Of a stretch of DNA of 64,000 nt, positions 1 through 11,614 are shown piece after piece (positions within the stretch are counted from its first letter, which is position 1; the number at the start of each line of letters is the position of its first letter). Where the stretch lies: contig NC_134028.1 in assembly GCF_964204645.1 (NCBI RefSeq), positions 3,162,001-3,226,000 of the forward strand. The letters run 5' to 3'. The stretch is from Tubulanus polymorphus. Taxonomy: Eukaryota > Animalia > Nemertea. A program made the translations under genes and the position numbers. Under the pieces are notes generated by a model, which was given only the letters and a program-made list of their open reading frames with translations, ran no database searches and was not told the DNA's origin.

Positions 1-868
1 CACGTTTGCCCTACAAAATAAAGTTGTTGCTTGCAGACTGTAACAAATGTGCCTCTCGGGCACGGGATTTAACCTTCGCGTCTTGCGTTGATTCGAGGAA
101 GGAAAATAATGTACATCAGACAAATTGATTAATAATGATAACAAAAGAGATCGATAATATTCAATTTTTAAAACATGGGATTTCGGGATTTTGATTTGGA
201 GGATCTTATTCGAGAAATGGATAGCTCCGAGAATATCCATATCAGGGCATCCATATCGCGGCAGCTCCCAAACGGGGAGAGCCGTTTCGGGTTTTCGGGG
301 CAGGAGCCGTGAAATATCCGAAATGAATCGCTGAAATGATAGCAACAGCTGGCAGAAAATGAAGTCCCTTTGCTAAAGGTTGAATTTTAGCGTTTGCTGA
401 ATTTTTTCAACCATTGAGAATTTATTATGAACATAAAAAAATTACAATATAGAATGGACGTCCATCGTCCAGGGGGCGTTTGTTGAATAATCATCCCCTG
501 TATGGGCTCCGAACTATACAGAACCTCCTCTCGACTGTCGTTTTATTGATCTATCGTGATTTAGAATACAAAGTCTGGAGAAAACTTGGAATTAAACGAT
601 AATGATTTATTTACAAACAAATTTATAATCCTTTTCATGAGTCTCGGATAACATTGATCTTTGTCATCACTCCGATAGCATAATTTTTTGGTGGGTTATT
701 TGAGTTATGATCTCTAAGTTCGCAAATTTTGAACGAAGAACTAAGTCTTCGGGCCTCGCGGGGCTCTTCACGCAGGCCGGTCAAGCATTTTCAACCCTAG
801 TGCACCGCAAACGAGCAGTTTCCCACTTCTCACATATATATTCAGCTATTCCTCGTCATGTTTTGCTT

Positions 869-1683
869 TTAACAATCTCCCGTTCGTACTATTGCTGTAA
901 CTCGGTCTTTCTTCCTGAACAAGGCAATATGACTGCCACCAAATGTAACCTTTCTTTGGCTTCCCGATGCGGACGACGTCACATTTAGGATGCTCTTCAA
1001 GCCTTCCACTGGTTCGCAGACGATTTCAACACGGCATGACTTTTTGGCTGGTTTGACGACGATTCTTGGACGGTCTGGACGACAGAAGCAAGCTTAAATG
1101 GAAATAATCTCGCTGCTTGATGTGTTGGTTATGGCAAACAATGATCAAGTATGAGACATAAAAGTTCATGAATATCAAAATCGAGATAAGACGGAAGAAA
1201 AAGAATTTTAAGAATTATCTAATGGATGCCATTTGAATGCATTCATATCTATTTATTACCTTTAAAGGTTTGACGAACATTTCTGAAAACCTTTCTGAAA
1301 CGAGAACCGAAAGAACTTTGGTTGGTATTCGATGGTCTTCCATCGTCAGCAATCTTTGGCTTGGAAGTCGCTCCCAAAATACTTGCATCTTCAGCCACTA
1401 CTGAAATGATGGATCCTTTAGTTAAATCTATGATACAGTTTGGAGAAGCGGCTCCGACTGCTCTCGTATTGGTTTTTCGATCAATGTCAACATCATCGGT
1501 AACGTTTAACTGGGCAACGTCATCAGGATGACCGACATCTCCATCTTTTCCATATTCACAATATCCATTCGATTTGCACATCGAAGTACCACCACAGATT
1601 GACGATTCTACCGGTGGTGATAGTAAACTTTCAACGACATCTTCCAAAGACTGGGCTTCGGGATCAATTTTGTTTTCCATCAT
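869..1683 (-). CDS. Uncharacterised, largely disordered ~215 aa protein with SILK-like and RVxF PP1-docking motifs (2 exons: 1683-1260, 1092-869)
   Basis: The ORF 1249-1683 contains a donor AAAG|GTAAT (phase 1) that joins in frame to the acceptor ccatttaag|CT at 1092. The frame stays open to TAA at 869-871 and encodes ...LKSILNVTSSASGSQRKVTFGG.... Confidence 0.6.
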
Positions 1684-1753
1684 AGTTTTTATAAGCTTTT
1701 TATAGCAATATCAGCACAGTTTTTGCAGCGTTTGCAGAGATGCGATTAGCTCT

Positions 1754-1832
1754 GTTGCTAAGTCGACAGTAGTTTATGCAACAGTTGCTAGGCAATACCA
1801 AAAGCATCTTGGTTAGGGTTGCTACTGCAGCT
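1754..1832. promoter_or_regulatory. Cluster of RFX X-box-like motifs in the divergent intergenic region
   Basis: GTTGCTAGGCAAT at 1784-1796, with further GTTGCTA half-sites near 1754 and 1819. Confidence 0.4.
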
Positions 1833-2163
1833 TATATCCCGTTTGTTACTAAGGTGTTTTTTGGAAAAGAGTTTATAGGCTAATAATTATATATCTTTCA
1901 GGATTTTGCGTTCATCGTAAGATTAATTTACATTAAATGTCCATAATCAATGGCGTACGTAGAAAAATATATACACTCTAAAAACTTGTTTACGTTTTCA
2001 TTTCGCGCGTTCTTGTATTTTGACACAGTACGTGCGTTCGGACATGACCTTGGCAGGGGTTGGTTATATGATCTTATTCGACTTATTCTCATAACGCTTT
2101 CAGTGAAAGAAGCGCAAGAATGTTTATTGCTTTATTTTGGACCAAAAAGTATCGATATCGATA

Positions 2164-2874
2164 ATGAACGGCGAAGTCCCGCCGCCAGTATATTCCGAAA
2201 TCTGTGAGGAGGTAATGACCAGCAATGCCAGTGAGGTAGGACAACCTTCATCCGACCAAATAGAACCACCGCCTCCGTACACGTGTGCTGATGATGCACC
2301 ACCGCCGTATACCGTCGAATCACAGGGGCCTCCGAAATATCAGGACCTCGTTCCAGTCACGCCTACAACACTAGAAAATACAACTCGAACAAGATACAGC
2401 AGCGCGACCGACGATGAGCATTTCATACCACCTAGATGTCCGATGCTAATTGGCGACGGTGGATCTCGAATACTCATTTTACTGTCGATTATCTTTTTCG
2501 TTATCGAATTGGCCCAAGTTTTTCGCGGCAAATCATTGTATTATACAGGAGTGTGGGCGAATCCACTCTTTGTTGCGACTGGAATTGTATTCGCGAGGAG
2601 GGTCTATTGTGAGAGGAATGACTTAAAAACATGCACTGCTGTTCTTTGTTTTCTGTCAGTGATTTTGGCACCAATCGCCCTAGGATTGTCGATAGGCTCA
2701 GGCTATCATACGTGGAATTCAACGGATAAAATCTCGTTCTGGGGAATCGTGGCTGGAAGTAAATGTTTAGGATACATAGTGATATTGACTATTTTGATAT
2801 TTTTGTCGTGTAGAGTTCATAAACCGGTGATACCTCAGAATTCCTCAGAGATTGTAGCCCGAGAGGGAATTTAG
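2164..2874 (+). CDS. Intronless 4-TM protein (MS4A/CD20-like) with N-terminal PPxY motifs
   Basis: First ATG at 2164. PPVY, PPPY (twice) and PPKY precede four hydrophobic segments. YTGVWANPLFVATG resembles the TM2 region of the MS4A family. Confidence 0.7.
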   Translation: MNGEVPPPVYSEICEEVMTSNASEVGQPSSDQIEPPPPYTCADDAPPPYTVESQGPPKYQDLVPVTPTTLENTTRTRYSSATDDEHFIPPRCPMLIGDGGSRILILLSIIFFVIELAQVFRGKSLYYTGVWANPLFVATGIVFARRVYCERNDLKTCTAVLCFLSVILAPIALGLSIGSGYHTWNSTDKISFWGIVAGSKCLGYIVILTILIFLSCRVHKPVIPQNSSEIVAREGI

Positions 2875-3504
2875 CATAGGGCACGAGCCTTTTGAAATCA
2901 ACGTATTGTTCATTAGGAAAATCCATTATTTATATATGTATCGTATTAATAACCTATACGTGTAGAGATTATATTGGCAAGAATTTAAGTGAGTATGTTG
3001 AATTGTAAATTTTCAGGCATTATGTAGTCTCCAAATAAATGCATTGTTTTATTTAGGATAAATGATATAGTTGTAAATAGGAAAGTAAAAACTAGTTATA
3101 TTTTTCTTTACATGGAGAAATATCCAGTTGAGTGTATATTTTTTGTACGTACGCCTTACTGTTTACTGTATGCATGGAATAGAAACAACTTCACGACAAT
3201 CTTTTATATATACTCAATTTTATTACACAAGCAAAAAGATCTATAAAGACGAATATTTACATATGTGGTTGTACATATTAATAATACGTTTTCACAATCA
3301 ATGTTTAAGATTGATATATATTTTCAAACTACACTACACTTCTAATACCAAATATTCATAAGCGTACTGACCATGAAATTTACAAGTATCGGTTGACAAA
3401 AACAGTATATGCCACCAGCCCCAATTTTAATCAGCCAAAATCACCGTTTAATACACGTAATCTGTTCTTTCACGCGTCTTTAGTGTCTCAAGTAACTGAC
3501 GTTT

Positions 3505-4525
3505 TCATGTCTTACTCGTAATCATCACAAATGCGATCAGAGTGACCAGTAACATGATATTGCAGTCCACGATATTAGCGACATTGTCTGTATTACAGTT
3601 AGGCGTAATGCAACACGATGAACATTGTTCTAACGAATAAGCAGGTTCACCTACTGTAATACATCCTGTAAAACATGAATCTGAACAGCCGCGTTCAAAT
3701 GTCGTCAACTGATTATTTTCGACAAACCTCTTAACCTGTGGAGATATTCAGAAAAAAATGCAAAATCAGTTTGGTTCTAAAATGACAAAACATAGGACGT
3801 GTACATGGGAAACATGATTGGTAAATGACGAAATGACCGAAGGCTATGTTATGTCCTAAGACAACGGGGAAAGAATAATTCGGAAGACATCAAAGGACAG
3901 GGAGATGATAATAAATGTTATTTACCAGGCAGTAGTGGTAACCCTTCGGACATCGGATCGTTGGTATTTCCGATTTTTGGTGCATTGTTATACAATTCGA
4001 GCCGTGGACACTAAAATAACATCTATAACAAGTCAGATTCTGTGCAAGCAATATTTCTTTTTCAAGGTCCGTGGTGTATTTCGATGCGTCGACATCTGAA
4101 ATAAATCGGGATTACTACCGGATCACTATTATGAACGGAATGAGACTGGCAAGACCTCCTGATGAAATCAATGTTAGACATTCGTTTCATTGTTGCACAA
4201 AGACAAATTGCGCTGAACATTCATTCATTATAACATCAGATAACATTGCAGATATTGGCAGTTCATTTCATACCCCTTGATAAAAACGTCTACAAGAAAA
4301 GCAAGTGAGTCAGATAACCCTTATCATTCTAATGATAATCAATCTCAAACAGTTCTAATGGAGTTCCTGTTTCTCAGAGTCATTTTTTACGCTGAGAAAT
4401 TCTGATTTGAGTTAGAAAACGCACGTACCTCGTATCTCTAACAAAACTGCGCATATAACAATTGCAGCCAATCTAGTAATCAAATCGTAAAGATTTTCAG
4501 TTGATCGGGTCTTTGATATCGTCAT
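3505..4525 (-). CDS. Ly6/uPAR three-finger GPI-anchored protein, quiver/sleepless-like (exons 4525-4429, 4095-3926, 3735-3505)
   Basis: Phase-compatible GT-AG exons. Signal-like N-terminus, LTCYRC...YC...RGC...CCITPNCN motif and a hydrophobic C-terminal GPI signal. Confidence 0.85.
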
Positions 4526-5434
4526 GTTGTATTGCTGTTCAAATAACAACTGCCGAGATGTGCGTATGCAGCGTAACACAGCCTGCAGGATGAGAGATAG
4601 CTGTACAGTAAATTACCGTATCTCCGTAACGACGGAGGCGGCGCGCCGAGCTACATTTCCAATACTCCTTCTCCGGCCGCTGCAGCGACGTCGCTACTGT
4701 GGAATCGATCAATTCTAGGAACGCGCTGAGTACACTAAGTTTTCGTATTAAATCATTTTTCAATCGAAAACTTCCAATAAAGCGCTTTTTATAACTGATA
4801 AAGAAATGAATTAGCTACAATTATGGAAAGGGCCGCCGAATAGTTCAAACTACGACGCCTACTGCGGATGAATCTTCGAGAGTCGGTGGCCTGTTACAGC
4901 AACCGTTTCAGGCCCGTATTTAAAGGGATTGGGGAAGGGGGAGGGGTTCGAACGCAACCCTCATTGACGAAGTTCCGCCAGGATACCGGCCTCAAGAAAG
5001 TTTCAGCATTTTCAAGGACTCAGTCAGTTTCAGTCTAACTCAGTGGGCCTTGGCGGTCTCCCACGGGCGACATGCTGCCGAACTTACTTGATTAGACGCC
5101 AAATCGTTGGAAAAAAAGAAGTTGAATTTTCACACAAAATATGCTCGAAGTTGTGATATTGTTCTTTTTGTATCTAATTGTAGAAAAATATTTCTGCACG
5201 ACGAGTACTCCGGTACCGGCGAGGGCGGAGTAGCGAGTATGTGACAAACATTGTGTACTAATCAAGTTTGAATTGATTTTACAAACTGTGCGTAGGTTGT
5301 AAACCCTTATGTTGTGAGTGTTGTCGCACGTGTTTTTCTATCCACCTGATCCTCCGTGAAGCGTTCTGCCGAGAGGTATCATCATCTATCCTACTTTATT
5401 TCAACTTCAAGAGTAAATTAATCAAGTTCACAGA

Positions 5435-6785
5435 ATGGTTAGTAAATTTTGCATTGATATTCTGCTTGTTGTAGTAAATATTGAACGTCGAAAAAACGTT
5501 TACGGTGTTGTATTTAGATTGTACTAATTATCGACTGAAACCTTCCGTACGTTACTTTATATTTCAGACTGACGAAGTTAACCCGAAAGCTTACCCATTA
5601 GCCGATGGTACATTGACTGGTACTATTATTAATATCATAACTCAGGCTGCTAATTACAAACAGATAAAGAAAGGTGCCAATGAAGGTACAAATTGCACAG
5701 TCCCTGCTGCTGGACCCCTTCCTCACCATATTTGATGGTCTTTCGTTGTTGATTGCAAAATTATATCCCTGAACTGTTTTCTTTTTTCAGCCACAAAATC
5801 TCTGAATCGTGGAAATGCTGAATTTATAGTAATGGCAGCTGATGCGGAACCGCTTGAAATCTTATTGCATTTACCTCTACTATGTGAGGATAAGGTTTGT
5901 ACAGACTACAGTTTTAATCCCTGAGTACTTTTTGATAATCTCTAGTTATAGAAGAATAATTGCATCAATTTTTTTCCCTGAATTTCAGAATGTTCCCTAC
6001 GTGTTCATCAAGTCTAAAACTGGTACGCTTTGCTTGAAGTCTTGCATTACATAATGTTCATGTGTCGTAGTTGAAAAGAAGAATATACAAATATTAAATG
6101 AACTGATCGTCCTAAAATCTGTAACGGTTTAGATGAAGCCGCTCCAATCAACTGCGTCACATGTACTTGTAAACAAAAGTTTACATTGATGAAGAAATCC
6201 CACACTTCGAATTAGAATTATACGATCAAATTTATCATTATGAAACCACAACGTTTCGGCTGTTGACTAACAGCCATCATCAGGTGGAATGACTGGAAAA
6301 ATAAGTAACAAAGAATATAAACTCGCAGGATCTAAAATAGAAGCAGTGTGTCAAAACTAGATAAACAGACCAAGCAATAACAACATCAAGGGGTGCCGTA
6401 GAAACCACAGCAATTCTAAACAGTTCAGAGTAAAAACAAATTGTGTAACTTAAGTGAAGTGGACTGAAGAGGGTGGCAATAACAGAGTGACACAGTGACA
6501 TTAACCCAAATCATAATAATAAATTTGATCGTATAATTTTAATTTGATGTGTGGGATTTCTTCATTTATCTACAGTATACACGGATTATAGTGTTTATTC
6601 GACAACTTTACATCGATAGTTTCGCTTTGTAATGAGTAATATTGTTATCTATATTTTCAGCTCTTGGACGAGCCTGTGGTGTTAAACGATCAGTGATCGC
6701 CTGCTCTGTAACTATCCACGAGGGATCACAGTTGAAACCTCAGATTCAGGAAATCCAGAAAAGTATCGAAAATCTTTTCATTTAA
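5435..6785 (+). CDS. SNU13: SNU13/NHP2L1 15.5K kink-turn binding protein (exons 5435-5437, 5568-5685, 5791-5894, 5989-6022, 6661-6785)
   Basis: The spliced translation contains [51 protein letters not shown] and ALGRACGV. Confidence 0.96.
6189..6603 (-). mobile_element. Penelope-like retroelement remnant with ~55-bp inverted repeats in SNU13 intron 4
   Basis: 6189-6243 is an inverted copy of 6511-6565, and the pair encloses a hammerhead core. Confidence 0.65.
6246..6287 (-). ncRNA. Minimal type I hammerhead ribozyme
   Basis: Minus strand reads CCAC-CUGAUGA-U-GGCUGUU(AGUC)AACAGCC-GAAA-CGUU-GUGG: intact core, 7-bp stem II, 4-bp stem I, palindromic ACGU stem III. Confidence 0.75.
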
Positions 6786-7395
6786 TTACGATAATTCGCT
6801 ATAACGTTCGAGGATATTATGTCTGCAGGACGTTGTATATTTTATAACCATGAAATTGTCATGTTCGATCATGGTCATCTTTATACGTTGTATCTTTCTT
6901 GTACAGTTCATTTTGAAATAAATGATAACTCAGTTATTTTAATGCTGTAAAATCGTAGTTAGATATTGGTTGTTTTGTCCGTTGATAGATGGCAGACTAG
7001 TAGGAAAGAAAGGATTAATGCGTGATCTGTTCAGTTCGTGTAATGCAATTTAGGTAATGTTGAAAAAATCCACAAAACTGAAGTGACATTCGAAAGATAC
7101 AAAATGGCGACTTTTTGAATAGAAGGTAGGGTTTAGGGTCCGTTACATATTATTATACGATGGAGTTAGGATGAGGCTATAAGTAGTTAAAGAGTTGCGA
7201 TTCCAGGCAGCTTCGGCTATAGTGCTGGGGGGGGGGGGGGGCGGCTAGCACTCTTGTGCTTGCGTGTCTGAGTCCCAATTTTCGTGGATCTCTCTTAGAA
7301 TTTTCCAGTCCATCGCATATGCGCATTACATTGATTAGTGGATGGTTTCAACATTACACAAATTACTGTTGTAATCGACTGGTTGCTTGTCGGTT

Positions 7396-7492
7396 TCTGC
7401 GCCGTTCGCGGGCGGAGACCCGTAACCAGTCTGGTAAATAATCTGATTATAAACTGGACTGGTTACGGGTCTCTGCCCGCGAACGGCGCAGA
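7396..7492. repeat. GC-rich near-perfect palindrome with 48-bp arms
   Basis: The arms match at 43 of 48 positions by manual alignment. Confidence 0.85.
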
Positions 7493-9040
7493 TCACTAGT
7501 GACAACCCGGTTCGAGCCCTGGGTTCGTCTAGCGCTGTAACGCGCGTCATTTCAAATCTCGTCCTGTTTTGGGTTAAGTATCCAATGCCTCCCCTTATAT
7601 TTTGGGGTTTAGTAACAGTATCATATCGTCACGTGAAGGGAATAAGCGTACCTGACTATGCTATAGGTGCGAACACTCCCTTGGAAACGAATCACAGGTC
7701 CATGGGGAGATCGAAGAATGGCTACTAATTAGTTATTTCTTCCTGTGATTCCTGGTTGTAGCAATATCGAGAAGAAATCCGGTCAATTCACAGGAGCCCA
7801 GATGTGTATCCACGTGATATAGCATTCACGTGCGCCTCCCGTAAGTTAACACGTGTGATCAGACCCGAAATAGAGAGAGAGGGCGAAATCAAAACAGAAC
7901 GAAGTGAATTCACACACATAATTGGAACCGTCATATCCGTCGATTTAAACAAAATTCCTGTAAACTCGATCGCCGGTGTCGATTCCCAATTTCGAAACTA
8001 AACCTCCAGTTTCGCACTAGGCAGGTGTGTTTGTAAGGGACACCAAAATCAAAACAAATCTACCAATTAAATGAATAACAGGCTCATCCCTATTTTTAGA
8101 AGAACACCTCTCTACAGTGAACAGTTTGCCTGCACCAAATATTTTCACTGCTATGTGGAGAGACTTTACTGTGGCCTCGATCACACAAGCATTTTTTTCG
8201 CTATCAAAAACTTCAGGTTCTAATTATATACTTTAAGACAGTGTCGAAGACGGAATTATTTTTTTCTGGTCTGTCATTTGAGGGTCGTTTTTTTTAGAAG
8301 TTATAACCTTTTTCTCAGAATAACGGACGCAAATACGAATGCTAAAGGCTTTCATGACATCGATACGTGATTTAAGACAAAACAGTGGCCCGAAGTTAGG
8401 CGCAAACGAAGATGGATGTATTCAATTATCGGTATCAGGATATGATTAACGATTTGTCACTGCAGAGAAGAAAGAAAAAATAGGCGACGCCGCCCCTGGC
8501 ATTTCAAAATTGGCATTTCACGGGAAGTAATCTAAAACTTTTTAAAAAACACAACATCAGATTTGTATTCTACGGAAACGTGTCTTCAAATTGTGACAAG
8601 ATAATTTTTTAAAGATATTTCCACTTTTACAGTGATATCATATAACCAAGAGCTGCTCGAGAAGTTATGATGTGTTTTGTTTTGTTATACACGTTGGTGT
8701 TGCACGTGTAGGCCCTATCTGTAAAAATCATCAGTATAGCGTTTAGATCGATAGATCGATGTACAATATACAGCGTGTCCTGATGCAATATCACCTACCA
8801 GCTTTACGTGTATCAGCTGAGGTTCGATTCACTTCGAGCTCGACTTCGTGTGTCTGCAGATGTTATCACACAGCTGTCGTCTGTCGGCCGGTGACATGAG
8901 AAAATTGATAACCACAACAAAAAGAAACTGGCGCAATATTCCCCTATTCGATTCATGAGAGAAGGTTTCTTTCGACTCATAAAAATACCAATCAATATTT
9001 CCGTCTATTATGTAGGATATTAAATTCGATAGTTTGTAGC

Positions 9041-9279
9041 AGGGGCGGATCTTCGGAAGGCCGGGGACCAGAAGAAAAGAAAAGGCATTTCTCGGGTAAA
9101 GCAGTTGAGTCATAGGCTCCTGTTGGGGTTCCGAGTGGTTCCGCCTTCGGTTACAGATATTTTTGAACGAAGGATAAACGTCAAATTTACAGGTTTTAAC
9201 GATGTTTGTCTTGACGAAAAGGGCCACCTCAATGGGAAGGCAGGGGTCCGGACCCCCGCGAGACCCCCTATATCCGCCC
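9041..9279. mobile_element. MITE with GGGGCGGAT...ATCCGCCC termini
   Basis: Short TIRs. Related ends occur at ~9795 and 62794-63010. Confidence 0.55.
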
Positions 9280-11291
9280 TTGTGAACTTGTAAATGTAGC
9301 GATACGCGAGTTCCGTATATATTAACACTCCAGAAGCCAAATTACGAAACGTTTACTTAATGAATTGAAAAAACGATACTTGGACCTGAGCCTTTGATGG
9401 TCTTATTATTTTATACATATAGGCTTTCTTCCTGTGTTGTTTCAAAGGAGGGAAACGGAAACAAGAAAATACATATATAATCTTTGGAAAGAAATCCTAC
9501 ACTGCTGATGGCGGCCCTCAGGAAACAACGTTCCCTGCAATCAGGATATTAGTGGAAGTAGCAATCGGAGCGGTTCTTCCATATATCACATTGGAAATTA
9601 AACACTTCCCTCGACTGGATGTAAAGGCCAGCCGCATCCGATGTATAGTCATGAGTAGGATTCAGGTCAAGTTTCTCTTTGTTTATGCGTTCATCAGTTA
9701 CCACGATTGGCAAATATTGCCACAGTTCTTCCGTGACGTCACGCGTGTGACGCTAATAATCGCAGACAATTGATTCACCATTCTCATACGTGCTGGGGCG
9801 GATCCAGGCTGGAATCTCTGCTCTAGAAAAAATCGTTATTTTCTGGTTTTTTTTCTCAAAAAATTGTCTTTTTCCACAGCTATTCCAAATCATTATGAAA
9901 AATCAGTAGTAAGCCTAAGTCGTCACTAAATGTTAAATTTCATTGGTAATGCAGGAAAATGCATCTGGAGGCTTCTATTTTTCCAAATTCATTTGCTACA
10001 CAGTTACTTAAACCTTGACATCCCTGCATCATGCGAGGGTTAGACATATGCCATATCTTAGCATGGATCGCAATTTATATCGTAAAATCTTAGATTTGGG
10101 GGAAAACGATGTTGGAAAATCAAAAGCAAGATCAGAGATTCATCATTTAAATTTTTGAACTTTAATTACATTGATTATGATTTTGCGTGGCATTTCTATC
10201 GGTAGTCGATCTTTGGTATAACAATCAACATCAAATTCCAGTGTTGATATATGTATATACGCGACATGAAGAAATATAAATCGAAATGTCAGATGCCACG
10301 AAAAGATGGTATTATTTATATCTAAACCACCGCATGTTCTATCTTTGGATCCGACCTTTGTTTCAGACGACAAAGAACACACAGGGTAACAGATGATCAC
10401 GAGAAGATTTCAGATCGCTGTTTCTCATGAATCGATAATTTATTTTTGTCAGTAATCGAACAGTCGGTTGTCGATATGTGATAATGTTCTGTACGATTCT
10501 GACAGCAGAATCAGCGCTAACGGCTCTTCGCATTTGGGTTTCCTGAAATACATGTGCTGTATAAATACAAGCGCATACTTTTTGAAATCCGTGGCACCAC
10601 GATGCGCATATTCGTCATAGCTATATTTCCTGCAATCGTAATTCTGAATTATTTAGTGCATCGCTAGCGGCAAATTCCTATTTTTAGTAAGTGATCGTTG
10701 TTGTTGAGACTTTTATGCGTAAATGCGTAAAACCCGACAAATATACTTTACAGAAACGTACGTATGACGGTAAAATGATAGCGCAAAATGGATTTCTAAA
10801 GCGTTTGACGGCTTATTTTGCACTTATGTTGAATTTTCGAATTTTGGTAAAAAGCCTCGAATAAGCACACTCCCCGAGATAAAAAATGATTCATAATAAC
10901 TTTATCACGTCGTATGGTCTTTTTTTTATTGAAACAGATGACGAACTTTAACAGGTTTCATAACAAGCTCTAATTGGTACATTAGAACATACCGCTATAT
11001 ACAAATTCTGAAATTATAGAAATACTTCATTCGCTGAATTAAAATAACTATGATATGCGATAGCGAAGGTATCATTTAGATTCAACTGATAAAATCTTGA
11101 GTTTTTATCTTCTGGAATTTATATATGGTGGGATAAGATGATAAATATCCGAGGTTCCGCCATGTTTAATTGTGGATTCTCGATTAAGCTTTACTAACGC
11201 TCTTGACCACAATTTCCTGTCTATTTTTTGTCAACATTATCAATAAAATATATATCTACAAAAACACCTTTATCAATTCATATGTATACTC

Positions 11292-11411
11292 CGGGGACAA
11301 GTTGCTCTAAAGTTGGTTAAAAGATAACGGGTGGATAATATACCAACAATGAACTTTTAATTGTCATCCACTGGTTAGATTAGCTCTGACCAACTTTTAA
11401 ACAACTGGCCC
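11292..11411. mobile_element. Short Harbinger-like MITE
   Basis: Imperfect TIRs ggggacaagttgctctaaagttggt / accaacttttaaacaactggccc. Confidence 0.5.
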
Positions 11412-11614
11412 ACGGCAGTTAAGCTATATAACGTACATAGTACGAGATAATTCAATTGTCAATAAATTTGCACTCTGCTTGAAACAGTGTTATTATTATA
11501 TCACATTTACCGTGTATCACCTTATGCTTGAAGAAATTAATAATTTACAAACTACATGCTTTTCGTTCATACAGATATTCCGATATCACTCGAATCGATT
11601 TATCTAATGGAAGG

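Noticed and set aside
5686-5790. Autoregulatory kink-turn in an SNU13 intron
   Set aside because: I could not build a convincing tandem G-A K-turn with flanking stems by eye.
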